Shown here piece by piece: positions 12,716-25,348 of a stretch of 64,000 nt of DNA. The number at the start of each line of letters is the position of its first letter. Positions within the stretch are counted from its first letter, which is position 1. The DNA is from Lophium mytilinum (taxonomy: Eukaryota): assembly GCA_010093605.1 (NCBI GenBank), contig MU004187.1, positions 1,372,018 through 1,436,017 on the forward strand, read 5' to 3'. The notes beneath the pieces were generated by a model. It saw nothing but the letters and a program-made list of their open reading frames with translations, did not search any database and was not told where the DNA came from. The position numbers were made by a program, and so were the translations under genes.

Positions 12716-13528
12716 TTATGTTGTCCTCCGTTGCTGCCGTTCTTCAATCTTCGCTGCTAGTTTCGTTTCTCTTTTTCCTTTCCAATCCCTATAGTTTGAC
12801 GAGACACCCTTTATCCGCTCGACATATCCAACCTTCTGCCCCTTCAAGAGCGCCAACCCATCTTGTAACAGCCCATAGCTCAGCCCAGCAACCAGTCCCA
12901 TTTTCGCCGTCCGCGCCGCAGTCGGCAGCGGGAATTTATCTGCGCATAAACCGTCAGCACTCCTCCCCTCCGCAGTAGAGGTTCAAAACTCACTCCACAA
13001 ACTCCACAACCCCGCCGTCCCCAATCCCGCCACCAGACTTCCAAACGCATCCCGCACCCCGCTCACATCCGCCTCGCCCACGCACAGCTCATCCACCCCC
13101 TCCATCCCGCTCACCGTCCGCCCCGCCCGCCACGTCGCCCGGAATACGTCCACGCTCTCCTCGCACACGTAGAACACCCCTGCCCACACCCCCAGCATCG
13201 TCCCTTTCCCGACCCCCTCTCGCAGCCCGGACTTCAGCCGGTAGTAGTTCTTGGATTTGTGGTAGAGGTACCAGCCTTTGCCATCGATGGGCAGGCGGTG
13301 CGCGTTCTCGGCGCGGAAGCGGAGGCCTGCGGCGCCCCCGCCGTGGGACATGCCGAGGGTGAGGCCGGTGACGAAGGCGGCGGTCATGGCGATCGTTAGG
13401 CGTGTTTCGAAGGGCATGCTGAGGCGGTCGGTGGAGCGGCGCGGGGCGGTGGTGGTGGGCGAAGCTGTGGGTGCTGGCGAGGTTGAGGAGGAGAGGGATG
13501 GGGTGGGTATAGGGGTTGGAGAAGCCAT
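12716..13528 (-). CDS. Conserved fungal hypothetical membrane protein (possibly Tim17/22/23-like), 2 exons
   Basis: Gly-rich hydrophobic helices and the fungal conserved motif RFRAENAHRLP..GWYLYHKSKNY; intron about 12943-12991 joins to KFPLPTAARTAKMGL. Divergent from IMPDH. Confidence 0.7.
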
Positions 13529-14055
13529 TGTGGTGGGCTGTGCGAGTGGTGGAGGACCTCAATGGGTTGGTATCGTGGGGTTCTTGGGAGTGCTGTTTGA
13601 AGCTTGAAAGACGCTCTGCTTCTAAAAGATGGATTGAAGTTGAGGGTTGAGGCGGAAGGTCGATTGGAAATAGTAGAAAAGGGGTATTTTAAGCAGTTAC
13701 ATTGAATTGAAAGTATGATTGTACAGCAGTTGGACGTCGAAGGAGAACAGACGCTTCATTGAAGAGCTTCATGATCTCGGAGGTGCGAGCGGAAGTCCTC
13801 TGTATTTTTGGAACATTACGGAATCTAACTACCCCACTTCGGGTCACAGCAGAGAGTAAATTACACTAGCGCGAAAACCGGCCCGCGCACCGCTACAAAA
13901 TCTTCTGGCCGCGCTTCTGTCCCTCTTCTTTTCTTGGGAAAGCACTTCTGTTTCCCCCGCCGACTGGTTGATCTTCAATCGTCGTCGTTTCCTTACACTT
14001 CCTACATCCTACACCGTGCTTCTTGACTTACGTCTAGAAGCTTTTCCCCTCCTCC

Positions 14056-15959
14056 ATGGCTATTCTTAACGGCGACTCGATGGCGAATCCCTCCTCCAAG
14101 GTAGAGGACTTCTCCGCTGCCCTTGAGATCCTCAAGAAGGACTACCCCGAGCGCGATGGCATCGATGTGAAGACTTTGATAGACTCGCGTCTCAACGGCG
14201 GTCTCACGTACAATGATTTCCTCGTTCTCCCGGGTTACATTGGTACATCACCTTGCGCGCCTGGTGGACTTTTCTACGTGTCGCTTTAGCTAACACGCGT
14301 AAAACTACAGGCTTTCCAGCCTCTGAAGTCACCCTTGATACCCCAGTCACCAAACGTATCACCCTGAAGACCCCTTTCGTCTCTTCCCCCATGGACACCG
14401 TCACCGAACACTCCATGGCCATCCACATCGCCCTCTTGGGAGGTCTCGGTGTCATCCACCACAACTGCTCGCCAGATGAGCAAGCGGAGATGGTCCGCAA
14501 GGTCAAGCGCTTCGAGAACGGCTTCATCCTTGACCCCATCGTCATCTCGCCAACAACAACGGTCGGAGAGGCGAAGGCTCTGAAGGAGAAGTGGGGATTC
14601 GGAGGCTTCCCTGTCACTGGTGAGTGCAGATCTTTCCTATGAGCAATCACTGTACCCGACGGGTACATCGTATGATGATCAAACTCATTTATAACTTTCG
14701 TTCATCTGAAGCGACTCTGTCGTGCTGTGGACCCCATGATACTTTCTGAAATCTATTCTTCCCACTTGTTGTCTCTAATATCCTTGGTTGCGCCATACTG
14801 ACGTTTATGTGCATCAGAAAACGGCACCCTACGATCGAAGCTAGTCGGTATAATCACGCCTCGCGATATACAATTCCACGCCGAACTTGACGACCATGTC
14901 ACCGCCGTGATGTCGAAGGACCTGGTCACGGCTCGAACTGGCATAACTCTCAAAGAAGCCAACGATCTTCTCAGCAAGTCCAAGAAAGGAAAGTTGCCAA
15001 TCATCGACGAGAACGGAAACTTGGTTGCCCTTCTGTCTCGTTCTGACCTGATGAAGAACCTTCACTATCCTCTTGCTTCAAAGCTACCTCATTCTAAACA
15101 GCTCATATCCGCTGCCGCTATTGGTACTCGACCAGAAGATAAGAACCGTCTGCAGAAGCTAGTCGATGCCGGACTAGACATTGTAATCCTGGATAGTAGC
15201 CAAGGAAACAGCATGTATATGATAGAGATGGTCAAGTTCATCAAGGAGAAGTACCCGGGTCTCGATGTGATTGGCGGAAACGTCGTCACTCGTGAGCAGG
15301 CTGCTAGCCTAATTGCCGCCGGTGTTGACGGACTTCGAATCGGTATGGGCAGTGGCAGTGCTTGCATCACCCAGGAGGTGATGGCAGTTGGTCGGCCGCA
15401 GGCTGCTGCTGTCTACAACGTCACCCAGTTCGCCAAACGCTTTGGCGTTCCTTGCATCGCTGATGGTGGTATTCAGAACGTTGGTCACATCGTTAAAGGT
15501 CTTGCCTTGGGCGCGACCACTGTAATGATGGGTGGTCTGCTCGCTGGTACCACCGAGTCACCAGGACAATACTTTGTCAGCCGCGAGGGTAAGCTTGTCA
15601 AAGCATATCGTGGCATGGGCAGCATCGACGCGATGGAAGACAAGAAGGCCGGCGCTGGTGGTAAGGATTCAAAAGCCAGCAACGCTGGTACCGCCCGGTA
15701 TTTCTCCGAGGGCGACCGTCTGTTGGTTGCTCAAGGAGTCTCTGGATCTGTTCTTGATCGCGGCTCTATTACTAAGTTCGTACCATACCTCATGGCTGGT
15801 GTTCAGCACTCTCTACAGGATATGGGCGTCAAGAGCGTCACGGAACTCCATGATCATGTCGAGAATGGTACCGTAAGGTTCGAGCTCAGGACCGCCAGTG
15901 CTCAGGCTGAGGGCGGTGTTCATGGTCTCGAGAGTTTCGACAAGAAGCTCTACTCGTAG
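14056..15959 (+). CDS. IMD: Inosine-5'-monophosphate dehydrogenase with CBS pair
   Basis: [21 protein letters not shown]; catalytic loop [31 protein letters not shown]. Introns 14243-14310 and 14620-14817. Confidence 0.97.
14672..14749 (+). ncRNA. snR54: Intronic box C/D snoRNA, snR54/SNORD59 homolog (18S Am974-equivalent guide)
   Basis: In the unusually long IMPDH intron 2: C box ATGATGA (14672-78), guide TAACTTTCGTTCA (14692-14704), D' CTGA (14706-09), C'-like ATGATA, D CTGA (14746-49). The guide is complementary to 18S UGAACGAAAGUUA. Yeast snR54 lies in the IMD4 intron. Confidence 0.9.
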
Positions 15960-16266
15960 AAAAGTGAGTTTTTGGGAACGGCGTTGTGGTCTGTGAAAGG
16001 GCGGCACATATTTATTACCGCCATCTGGATGGCTCATAAAGTCGAATGCGTAGATGATGGAGTAATGAGTGATTTGAAGTAGAACATACGGTTAAACTAA
16101 AGCTTTTGCTATCTACTACGCGTATCGCGCCACATCTCATCCTTGCGAAGGCATCTCAGTGGCCCTTTCTCCTTAAACCGACGAAGCGCGCACCTCGAGT
16201 AGGTCATAGCTTTGATCTAGAAGTGTTGCTGCTTCCTTTTCTTCTCATTCATCTCTTCGTGCTATT

Positions 16267-18372
16267 ATGCACCTTTTACTATCCTGTCTTGTGCTGGTTG
16301 TCTCGATCATCGCCCATGCTTGCGTACAAGAAGGATAGCCTCACTTTGTTTCCAGCCGTCAATGTCGCCGATGCGGCTGGCGTGTCATCACCTCTCAGTC
16401 CGTTCTTTGCTGGGTTTGCCATCGAGCCCACTGATCTGAACTCTTCCGCTAGCAGGGACAACCCGAACCAATGCTTAGTGAACCTCCTCCAGGAACTGCT
16501 GATTACGCTGACACCTCTCTTCATATACGACTAAGAGGGAACGCGGGGGGAAAATAATATAAGACTTGTCTTTCGATGATTACAGCTTGCAGCTTGGAAA
16601 ACAGCCCAGAAGCGGTCGGACAGGGAAGTTACGCCCGCGATTCCATGATCTCTGGAGACTCGTATTTTAACGCCTTGGGTCGACTTCCTGAGAGCACTCA
16701 AGTCACACACGGACTGAGTCTGGTCTTTGTAGAAGTAGATACTTAAACAATATCGTGAAGGAGGCTATTGATGCGCTGAAGGGCACGATCGACGCGAAAT
16801 TATTTTCGTCCGAAATTGGAAACGACCTCATCCTCTTGCACACCCTGTCGATTTTACTGGTCTCTATTCAGCCACGAATCTTCTCTTAAAGGACCTCCGT
16901 GGCCTCGTCATATATACGTAATAAATCACATTTCCATGGCTCTTCTTCTCTACCACAGCCCTGCTCGCCTCGTTATCAGGAGCCTACCATGGAACCCACC
17001 CACCGCTGACTCATCCCCACTCCGAGCAATCCTATATCAACCCGCCCTCCCCTCGTCCCTCTTCTCTTCCTCGCCTTCGGGCGTCCATTCCTTTTCCTAA
17101 AATCAAGGGCTCATTGCATGTATCGCCATATATATTGTATATGCGAGGCACAAACCCGGCCTCTGTAGACTATGCTATCTAGACCCTTCCCCCGCCATGT
17201 ATTACCCACTTTTGTCACTCCTTGGGGGCAGCGGCTCAACCCGACAGATACTTAGTAGGAGTCGATGCGCAGATGGATGAGAACCTTGTGGATTTGGATT
17301 TGGCTATATAGGAGGTTTTTGACCCGTGAAGGGTTTTCCTCGCAATCATATACTTTTCTGATCTATGACTGTGTGCTTTGCTGTGATGTGCTTTGGGGTT
17401 GTGTGGTGAGGACACGTGGCCTGAGTGATATGATCTCTATCTCCAGAACGACCTTCGTACTAGGGCGTGGAGAGGGCATATCTACACCTAGGAGTATCCG
17501 AATCGTACAGTAGTACAGTGACTCGTCATAGAAACCTGTCCAATCGTTTACCGCTGCATGAGGAGCCTCGTGTGGTTATCAGTGCTCCGAAAAAGAGAGA
17601 AGTTCGGCAATTTGAATTATAGTGACTACAAGTGAATTCAGGAGGCCACTCTGGATGGTGTCAAGTTGGTGCATAAAGACTCAAAATGTGTGCGCTGCCC
17701 TTGGGTTCTATAAGCAGATGGAAGCTTCACAAATAGTGCCAGGGAAGGCACTGTGGTGTACAATCCACGCTGCCATCGCTCACTTATTGGCAACGGCAAC
17801 GAGACCACCCGAATTAGAACACCAAAGATACTTCTACCTCATACTCTGGTCATATACGTGCCTATGTTACCTATGCATCTAGCGAGCGCTCCCTAGCCCT
17901 CGTCAACAACCTTCAAGCAAACTCCTCCGACTCCCCGAAGGGCGTTTAACCTTTCAATCTCTCCCTTCCTCACTACCAGGGTGACGCACTCTTCCTCTCC
18001 TACCCCACCATCGACGGCACCGGCCCGTTCTTCGGCACAATATGAAACGGCATCTCGTTCGGAACCCCAAGCAATAGCCCACCGAAAACCGCAAACCAGA
18101 TCGTAGAAACCGTACTCATCGGCCCGGACGAGGAATCGGCGGCGTCAGTCCGCGACTCACAAGCCATCATTACGAACATCGGATGTCTGCTTGGATCCTA
18201 TACTGTGCTGACCCCGGAGTAGGCGTCCTATAGGTCGAAAAGGTCGGAGGGTGCGAAGAAGTCCGCGGCGACGTCTGCAGCTACGACTACGACTTCGGCG
18301 GCGATAAGTGCGGCAGTCACTATACCAGTGGCTTTGAAAGCAAAACATGCCGGAGGGGTGTGCGTGGGATAA
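16267..18372 (+). pseudogene. Decayed glycoside hydrolase family 79 (beta-glucuronidase-like, secreted/GPI-type) pseudogene
   Basis: Frameshifted or stop-interrupted pieces: signal peptide MHLLLSCLVLVVSIIAHA; FAGFAIEP..NPNQCLVNLLQ/ADYADTSLHIRLRGNAG; AVGQGSYARDSMI..YFNALGRLP..VTHGL; LFSSEIGND (from EIGNEPD); C-terminal HIRAYVTY..LVN, LFLSYPT..GTI*NG..VRDSQAIITNIG; S/T-rich tail. Confidence 0.65.
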
Positions 18373-18700
18373 TGCCAGCTGATGTTGTCTCTTTTGGGTA
18401 TAGTTGCAGCTGTAGTTTGGGCCGTTTTTCGAATGGCGTAGGGAGGAATACAACGATAGACGGTCTAGTGAGCAATACCATACCTACGAAGAGCAACTGC
18501 TTGCCTCAAACTCGGAAACATGTCTTCACAGACTGTGAGAATTGCAAGGTCATGTGCAGTGGACGTTTCCGTGACATATCTATTCGTCGTGGGTAAGTAG
18601 GTACTCTATGTTCTCCCTTTCTTGATTCTTTTCTGCTATATTTCTCTTTGATTTGTACAGAATCCCTCATGTGTATTCCCACAGCTTGATATGATTGCGC

Positions 18701-20525
18701 TCAGATATCATGCCGAGCGTTCTTGCTCATGTGACGGATTCTCTCACCATGCTAATCGACTCGTTAGCTTTGAAAACGCATTCCCACATCTTCTCAAGAC
18801 TTACATAATAAAAAATGAAGGGAATGGGTATAAAGCAAATCGCTATGCCGCCAAGGAGTGAATTCCCAGGGCCTATACCGAGTCGATGGAAGAGCGCTGG
18901 CGCCTATGCATTCACTAGTCAACCACAAGCCACCGCGGACAGGTCTCTACAACTCACAAAAAGCGGAAAACTGGCGCCGAAAGAAGCGCGGAAAAGAGCA
19001 TTCCCTGCGAATATCGAGGCCGGAGACGCCGGATATGCCATCCCCAAATAATTGAATACTGGATTGAACAGCGTGACCACGCCGACAGTGAAGAAACTAG
19101 AGCCGATGATGGGCATGATCCAGTGAATGCTTTCTCTGGATGACCACCCGTACCAGAACAAGCAAATAGGGAGAGCGGCAGCGCCCAGAAACATCGGCGG
19201 CAAAAGCATCTCGGGTTTGAACGCTGGGTCAGTGAGTTTGGGGACTATATGATATCGCACCCACAGCAAGAAGAGCGGCACCGTAATCACGGCACCTACG
19301 AAGATACCCAGGAAAACCAGGCCCTGTGCGCCGGAGTCGAAGCCATATATCCCGCCGAAAACAAGCGGGAAAGACTCGAACCAGAGAAACAGCACACCGT
19401 ACAGAAGAGCAGAGTACAGGTCCATGAAGAAAACGATAGGCTCGGAGAAGGCCAGCGTGAAGGCCCGGCTGAGGACGATCAGGTCGTCGCGCATGGTGTG
19501 GTGCGCGGCGTCGATTTCAGACTGGCTGCGTAGCCGCTCGTCCCCAGTCGCTTTCCGCAACCTCTTCGCTCTCCTGAGTAGGATGTTCGCGGCGCTGGTT
19601 TCGGGTAGTAGGAAGAAGAGCAGGACCAGGACGCACGCGTCGAGCCATGTGAATACCCATATCGTCCACCGCCAGCCCTTGGCTGGTGCTACGAAGCCCC
19701 CGATGATGGGACCGAAAACGGGGCCTAGAACCCCGAAGGAGGAGTAGATGCAGATGCCGTATAGTATTCGAGCTGGGTCGTAGATGTCCATCAAGGTGGC
19801 GCCGCCAGTTGAGAGGGATGGGCTGCCGCAGAAGCCAGTTGCGAATCGAAAGATGAGGAACATGGGCATGTTTGTGGCGAAGCCGGTGGGCAGTTGAAGC
19901 AGGACGAAAGCTAGCAGTGTATATAGGTATATGGCATTCCTCCCGAGCTTTGGAAGCTCTGACATGGGTGACCAGAGCATGGGACCGATGCCGTAGCCGC
20001 TGGTGGGGAGAAGGATTAGCGAAAAGTCTTATCTGAGGATGAGGCTCTACGTGGCTTGGGGTTTCCTACGCTGTGTAAAGAGAGAGCCCCAGAGTTGCTA
20101 CGGTTTGGCTAACTCCGAAGTCTTCCATGATATCTGGTGCGCCAGCGACGTAGATGGAGCTTCCTATGTACACGGAAAAGTTGAGAATGCATATTTGGAA
20201 TCCGATCAGCAGTTTCCAGCTATCTGGCCAATTCTGGGGGTTCTGGGGCTTGTATTAGGATCGTTGTTATCAAACAAATCATGAAAGCAGATACCTCTGG
20301 ATCATCAGGGCCGTACCAGTCTACTAGATGAACGTCTATGCCATCTTCGACTTGCTTCTCACTCAGATCTTGCGTAGAGGCTCCATGCGGCTCTCCATTT
20401 TCGTCTCGCTGTAGATACTTCTCTCGTAGTGAAGGATCCATTTCGTCAGGGTATCGAAAAAGCTTATTGCTGGATAGGAAGCGAACAAGGTGGCCAAATT
20501 GGGTATCCCGGAAATGTCTCGCCAT
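18701..20525 (-). CDS. MFS drug:H+ antiporter, DHA1 family (Flr1/Caf5-like)
   Basis: VDWYGPDDPE|NPQNW; GYGIGPMLWSPMSELPKLGR; GPVFGPIIGGF..GWRW; LPETS; SEPIVF; FESFP; last exons APALFHRLGIGPGNSLLG|HGERIRHMSKNARHDI*. Confidence 0.92.
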
Positions 20526-21582
20526 CTTGATGTCTGAGATCAGAAGGCTTACATGGAGGCAGCTTCCAACGCATTTGTAATTTATAGAGACTCGGTGTAT
20601 GAAGTAGTGATGGATCTTGACATTAGATCACTTATTGCATAGTACTGATTAAGCGAGGAATGCATCGGAGTTACGTGGAATTGGGTGGAGCTAAAGCTCG
20701 TTAAACCCGAGCATATGTATTAGCGTTCTGTCGCATTGTTCTCTATGATGATCAAGATGATGTATGAAAGTGGCACAGAAGTGAATATTCGATCCAAAAG
20801 CAGTGAAGATAAACCACGAAAGGGGGCCTTACATGTACTGGCCAATTTCCTGGTAGTATCAAGCGCCCGAGCCTGTCCCAACCTTGAAAGGCCCCCCTCT
20901 GATTGCAGCTAGTAAGTTGCGCTTAAGTCCGAATTGCTTAACCTTGCTTTGTCTCTGGCCCTTCAATATGAGGGTGTATATGTACAAGATGTGTCCAGTT
21001 ACCTAATGTATTAGTGACCTTGGTCTATACTCATCGTTCGCCATCACGCACGTGTGAATTTCCCGAGCGGGTAGTTCATAAAAGCGAAAGAAGTGGGCTG
21101 ATCACGGATGGGCGATGTGAAGTTTCTATCAAGTGAGATTAGATATTATATATTGGGTATCAAAAGAGTTCATCGTCCATTAAACCAGACCAGAAATATG
21201 CCTGCTATCCGCAACTCATGCAATCATTACTCCATGTGTCGTTGAGATTATACACAACCATCTTAACCTGCTCGAATACTTTGTCTTCTTCATCTATGTC
21301 TGCGCATCGTAACGCCGGCTTAATTTGTCGAATGATTATTCCGCTGCGCTACCCTCGGTGTGCTAGCTGGCCAGGGCTTCCCTGAAGACTGCCGCATTTC
21401 GTCTCCACAATTAATCCACAGTGTTGTGCTCCAGGGAGGAGGTCACCACGGTGATATGTGTTGCTGATAGTGGGGGATCTTCAACATCTCTCCTTAGCTT
21501 GCTTGAAGCAAGCTGGCCTGTTGACCTCCACAGGTCTTGGGTGTCATTGGCTGATATAGCCCATCGCGTCGAAGCTCCGACT

Positions 21583-21810
21583 TCACTCTAATGGTAGTGC
21601 TGGTGACGGAAGGGCAAATAGTGAGGGATTTGCCGCTGTTGAGAATGATTGAGGTGTGGTAGGCCTCGAGGAGTAAGGCGTAGATGTAGTTGATGAGGAA
21701 GTGGTAGATGGGAAGTCTGGTTCCTCCTCGCCAACCTCAGGCTCGTCGACGGGGATGCGGAGGATCTGGCGGCCGACTAGATTTGGGATGTAGATGTATT
21801 GGGTTGCCAT
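21583..21810 (-). CDS. Possible small hypothetical protein (MATQYIYIPNLVGRQILRIP..., 75 aa, S/T-rich)
   Basis: ATG in CACAATGG context after a C/A-rich leader like other genes here; no recognisable domain. Confidence 0.3.
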   Translation of the reverse strand: MATQYIYIPNLVGRQILRIPVDEPEVGEEEPDFPSTTSSSTTSTPYSSRPTTPQSFSTAANPSLFALPSPALPLE

Positions 21811-22604
21811 TGTGGATGATTGTTTAGTGATTGTGCGGTAGTGGATGGTTTGATGGGTGGAGATGGATGAGGTGGTGTGCGACTGTTTTGGTATGAAGAT
21901 GGGAGTATTGTGGGATGAAAGATAATTCTGATGGTGGGGACATTTGTTGAATATATAATGCTTCCTCAGCAAGAAACTGTGGAGTTAGAGTGGTGTTTAG
22001 TAGGCCCGTTACAGCCGATAGAGGCGCGAAAGGAGTCATCGGCTTTTGGGTTGCTCCATGTCTTCCCCGGGTTGGGCGTCGTACAACCTTCGTTGCAGGG
22101 ATCACAGCGGTACCGGTGTTAATCAACGTCGGAGGACCGTAAATCCCGACACAGCTAGCGAACGGCAGGACAAGGACTTGACATTCTCACCATCAGAATA
22201 CGTTTCCATACCATCTCCATATCATGTCCGTCGGCACCGAAAGACGATGCGGCATGCGACCCTCCACCCAGCTGACGTGAAGGACGCGTTCTGGAGCTCA
22301 ACACCAAGCTTGCGTCGTCACCCCCGGCTGCAGCGGATTAGTGACCACGAACTGTGCTAAGAATAGGCAACAAGTCACAGCTCGTTCCGATTCTACGAAC
22401 GCGACACCCATACTGGCCTCTCAAGAATTCTTCCATTTCTACTAACCTTCCAGCTGCTAACTTATTTTAACTGCTGTCTCGTTCGCTTCCTCATTCGGCT
22501 ACCGATGATACAATGATTCCTCGTACAAGACACCGGTCACAACTTCCAAGACAGTCAAGAGGCCCATTCTAGGTGTATTTCATCCATTTTCGACTAGCTC
22601 ATGC

Positions 22605-24559
22605 TCATAATTTCGCCGCAACCTGTCCTACCTCCTTCTTCGCACGATCGCGTAAATCCCTTCGCAGAATCTTACCAATTGCGTTTTTCGGTAGCTCATC
22701 CACATACACTACACCGCCTCTTATCTGCTTGTAGTCTGCCAGCTTGCTTTTGACAAATTCTTTGACCTCGTCTTCGCTAATCTTTCCTGGGTCAGCAACT
22801 ATGTACGCGCGAGGTACCTCGGAGCCACCCTCGATGGGTAGGCCCACTATAGCAGCTTCTTGAATAGCAGGGTGAGTGTCTAATAGGCCTTCTATTTCGG
22901 CCGGAGCGATCTGAAGGCCTTTGTACTTCAGGAGCTCCTGTTCAAAAATTAATTAGCGTCTTTCAAACCAGTGGGAAAATCAAGCAGTTCCTACCTTCTT
23001 TCTATCTACAATGTAAAATTTGCCTCCTCGATCCACTGCAATATCGCCGGTACAAAACCAATCGTCGTGGAACGTTTCTTGTGTCGCGGCGGGATTGTCG
23101 TAGTAGCCTTGTGTCACCAATGGACCGCGGACAATGACTTCGCCAGGCTGGCCGGCATCGACGTCCTTCATTCGTTCGTCAGTAACACTGTGGCGTTCAT
23201 TCAGGTTAGTATGGAAGCTTGGGACATACATGCCACCCCTCGTCTACAATCCTCATCTCCATGTTTGGCAGTATTGGACTAATACTGCCAGTAACATCAC
23301 TATCGCCCCTTGGCATAGCTGTCACCGCACCCGTTGTTTCACTCAGCCCCCAGGTCTGGCTGATTCGCACGTCTCCTGTCCCTAGCTTTGCATTGACAGC
23401 TTGTTGAAGTTCGCCATCCATAGGCGCTGCTCCTGTGATAGCTGTCTGCACGGTTCTGAATTGGTCCGTGACATCTGCGGACTTTGCAATTCGAAGGAAA
23501 ATCGAAGGAACAGTGTAGAAAGAGGTGATCTTCAAGTCTTTCATGTGCTGTAAGAAGGGCTTCCACGAGAATCTTCGCATCCAGTAGACGGCGCCGGCAG
23601 AGTAAAATGGCGCGATGAAATACCCGAACAAGCCAGCAATGTGAGCTACAGGGAGGTGGGCTAGTGTTCGATATTCTGGTAATTCCCGGCCTTCTGCAAC
23701 TTCTTTTGCAGCCCATTCGCGACCTGTGTGAACCGTCAGTGGCATCCTAAGAAGTAGCAAGAAGCGAGTCACCTTTCACAGACGTTATGTATAACTCAGC
23801 CACCAGATTGAGATGAGATAGCATGACACCTAGGGCTTCGTTAGCAACAATTCTTTCATAGTCGCTTCCAGCTAGTTCTTACCCTTTGGGACACCCGTCG
23901 TCCCACTCGAGTAGAGCAAAACAATCAGACTCTTCTTCAAATCCTCATAATCCGTTACCCGCTCCCATGTTAGCCTATCTCCTGTCTTCCAGTTCAGCGC
24001 CACCCCCCCTTCCAGACTCTTCAGGCCCCACTCGGGCTCGCTCGTTAATACTAACACGCGCTTCAGCGAAATGCCGCACATTTTCGCAGCCTTGATGCCA
24101 ACATCTTTCGAATCTTCGCTCACGACAACCACATTGCCTTTGCCCTGCTTGATCTGCCGAGCCAGCTCTTCGGGCGTAAAGCTAGGGCTTGCGGCTGAGA
24201 AGACTCCACCCGCTGCAATAATGCCATAAAACGCAGCAGGGGCCGCGGGCTGTCCGCTTGTCATGACAACGACAACATCTTTGTTGCGGCCCTGGGCTCC
24301 GACTTCGAAGCGTGATTGCAGGAAGAAGGCAATGCGCTCGACGAGAGCTCGGAGGGAAGCTTTGGTTAGGTGAATGGATGGATTGGTAGCTGAGAGGTGG
24401 AGCGGAGTATCTTCCTGTGCCGCACAGAGCTCAGAATCTAGACAGAACAGTGAGTGCTAGCATTTTCAGGTAGTGAGCGCTAAACGCACCAAACAATAAT
24501 GTTAGCAAATCTATGTTTGGAATGTCTACGCTCTTTGGATGGCGATACACGCGGGACAT
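22605..24559 (-). CDS. 4-coumarate:CoA-ligase-like AMP-dependent acyl-CoA synthetase, peroxisomal (C-terminal AKL)
   Basis: LLYSSGTTGVPKG; HLPVAHIAG; QTWGLSETTG; GEVIVRGP; WFCTGDIA; IVDRKK|ELLKYKG; ELPKNAIGKILRR; ends -AAKL* (PTS1). Confidence 0.92.
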
Positions 24560-25348
24560 TGGTTCTATGACGGAGTTCTCGAGAACGTGTTTTTGGACGA
24601 GCTTTTGGATTGTAGATACAGCGAACCGCAACACAAAGCGAAAGGACATCCATTTTGTGGAAAACTGCCCAATCGACTCGACCACTTAATGTCAGAGTGT
24701 CAGGTTGGTGGGCGCGGGGTTGATGCGGGGGTTCTGCTAGGTTTCCTCGGTCCTTGTCAAGATCAAAATCAGCGCGGATGATGCAAGTACCATTGATTTT
24801 GGCACAGGAAGTATAACCGTTGATAGCCTAAGACAATCTTCCCCAGACGTTGAATGGTAGCTGGCACGTGATAGTCCTATTTAGGTTAGATCAAATACTC
24901 GAAAGCTTCTACTCATCCACTCTCCGTTCTCCAACGACGACACATCACGTACTGCGCACCATAGAGCCATAAAACCTCAGGTCCACATCCTGGAAGCTCC
25001 GCAGTCTTGCACTTGTATCTTATCTCATCAATGGCATCGAGTTAGCAAGGTAATTCCACGCGAAAGAAAAAAAATCCCATTTATGTATCCTTTTTAGTCA
25101 TCACTATGCATCTGAGCGGACCTTAAAGTGGCCCGAATCTGCGGCATTCCTGACTGCCGTCTGACGACTTTAGAAGGGAACTCTAGCGTCTCGAGTGACG
25201 AGATGGTCAAGGACAAGAGGCTCAAGCTTTCCATGCCATGCCCGAAGGTCGTTGGTTGTTAGTCAATGTACTCTACACGATGCGTCAATCGATGCAACTC
25301 GGGCTTGATTCGAGTCATTCGGCTGAGCAGATTTCTCGGGCGCCATGA

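Noticed and set aside
14056..15959. IMPDH as a mycophenolate self-resistance gene marking a biosynthetic cluster
   Set aside because: It has the canonical KAYRGMGS motif, hosts the conserved snoRNA, sits among housekeeping genes, and no PKS is nearby.
18157..18453. Arg-rich minus-strand 98-aa ORF
   Set aside because: It is the antisense shadow of the S/T/A-rich tail of the GH79 pseudogene.
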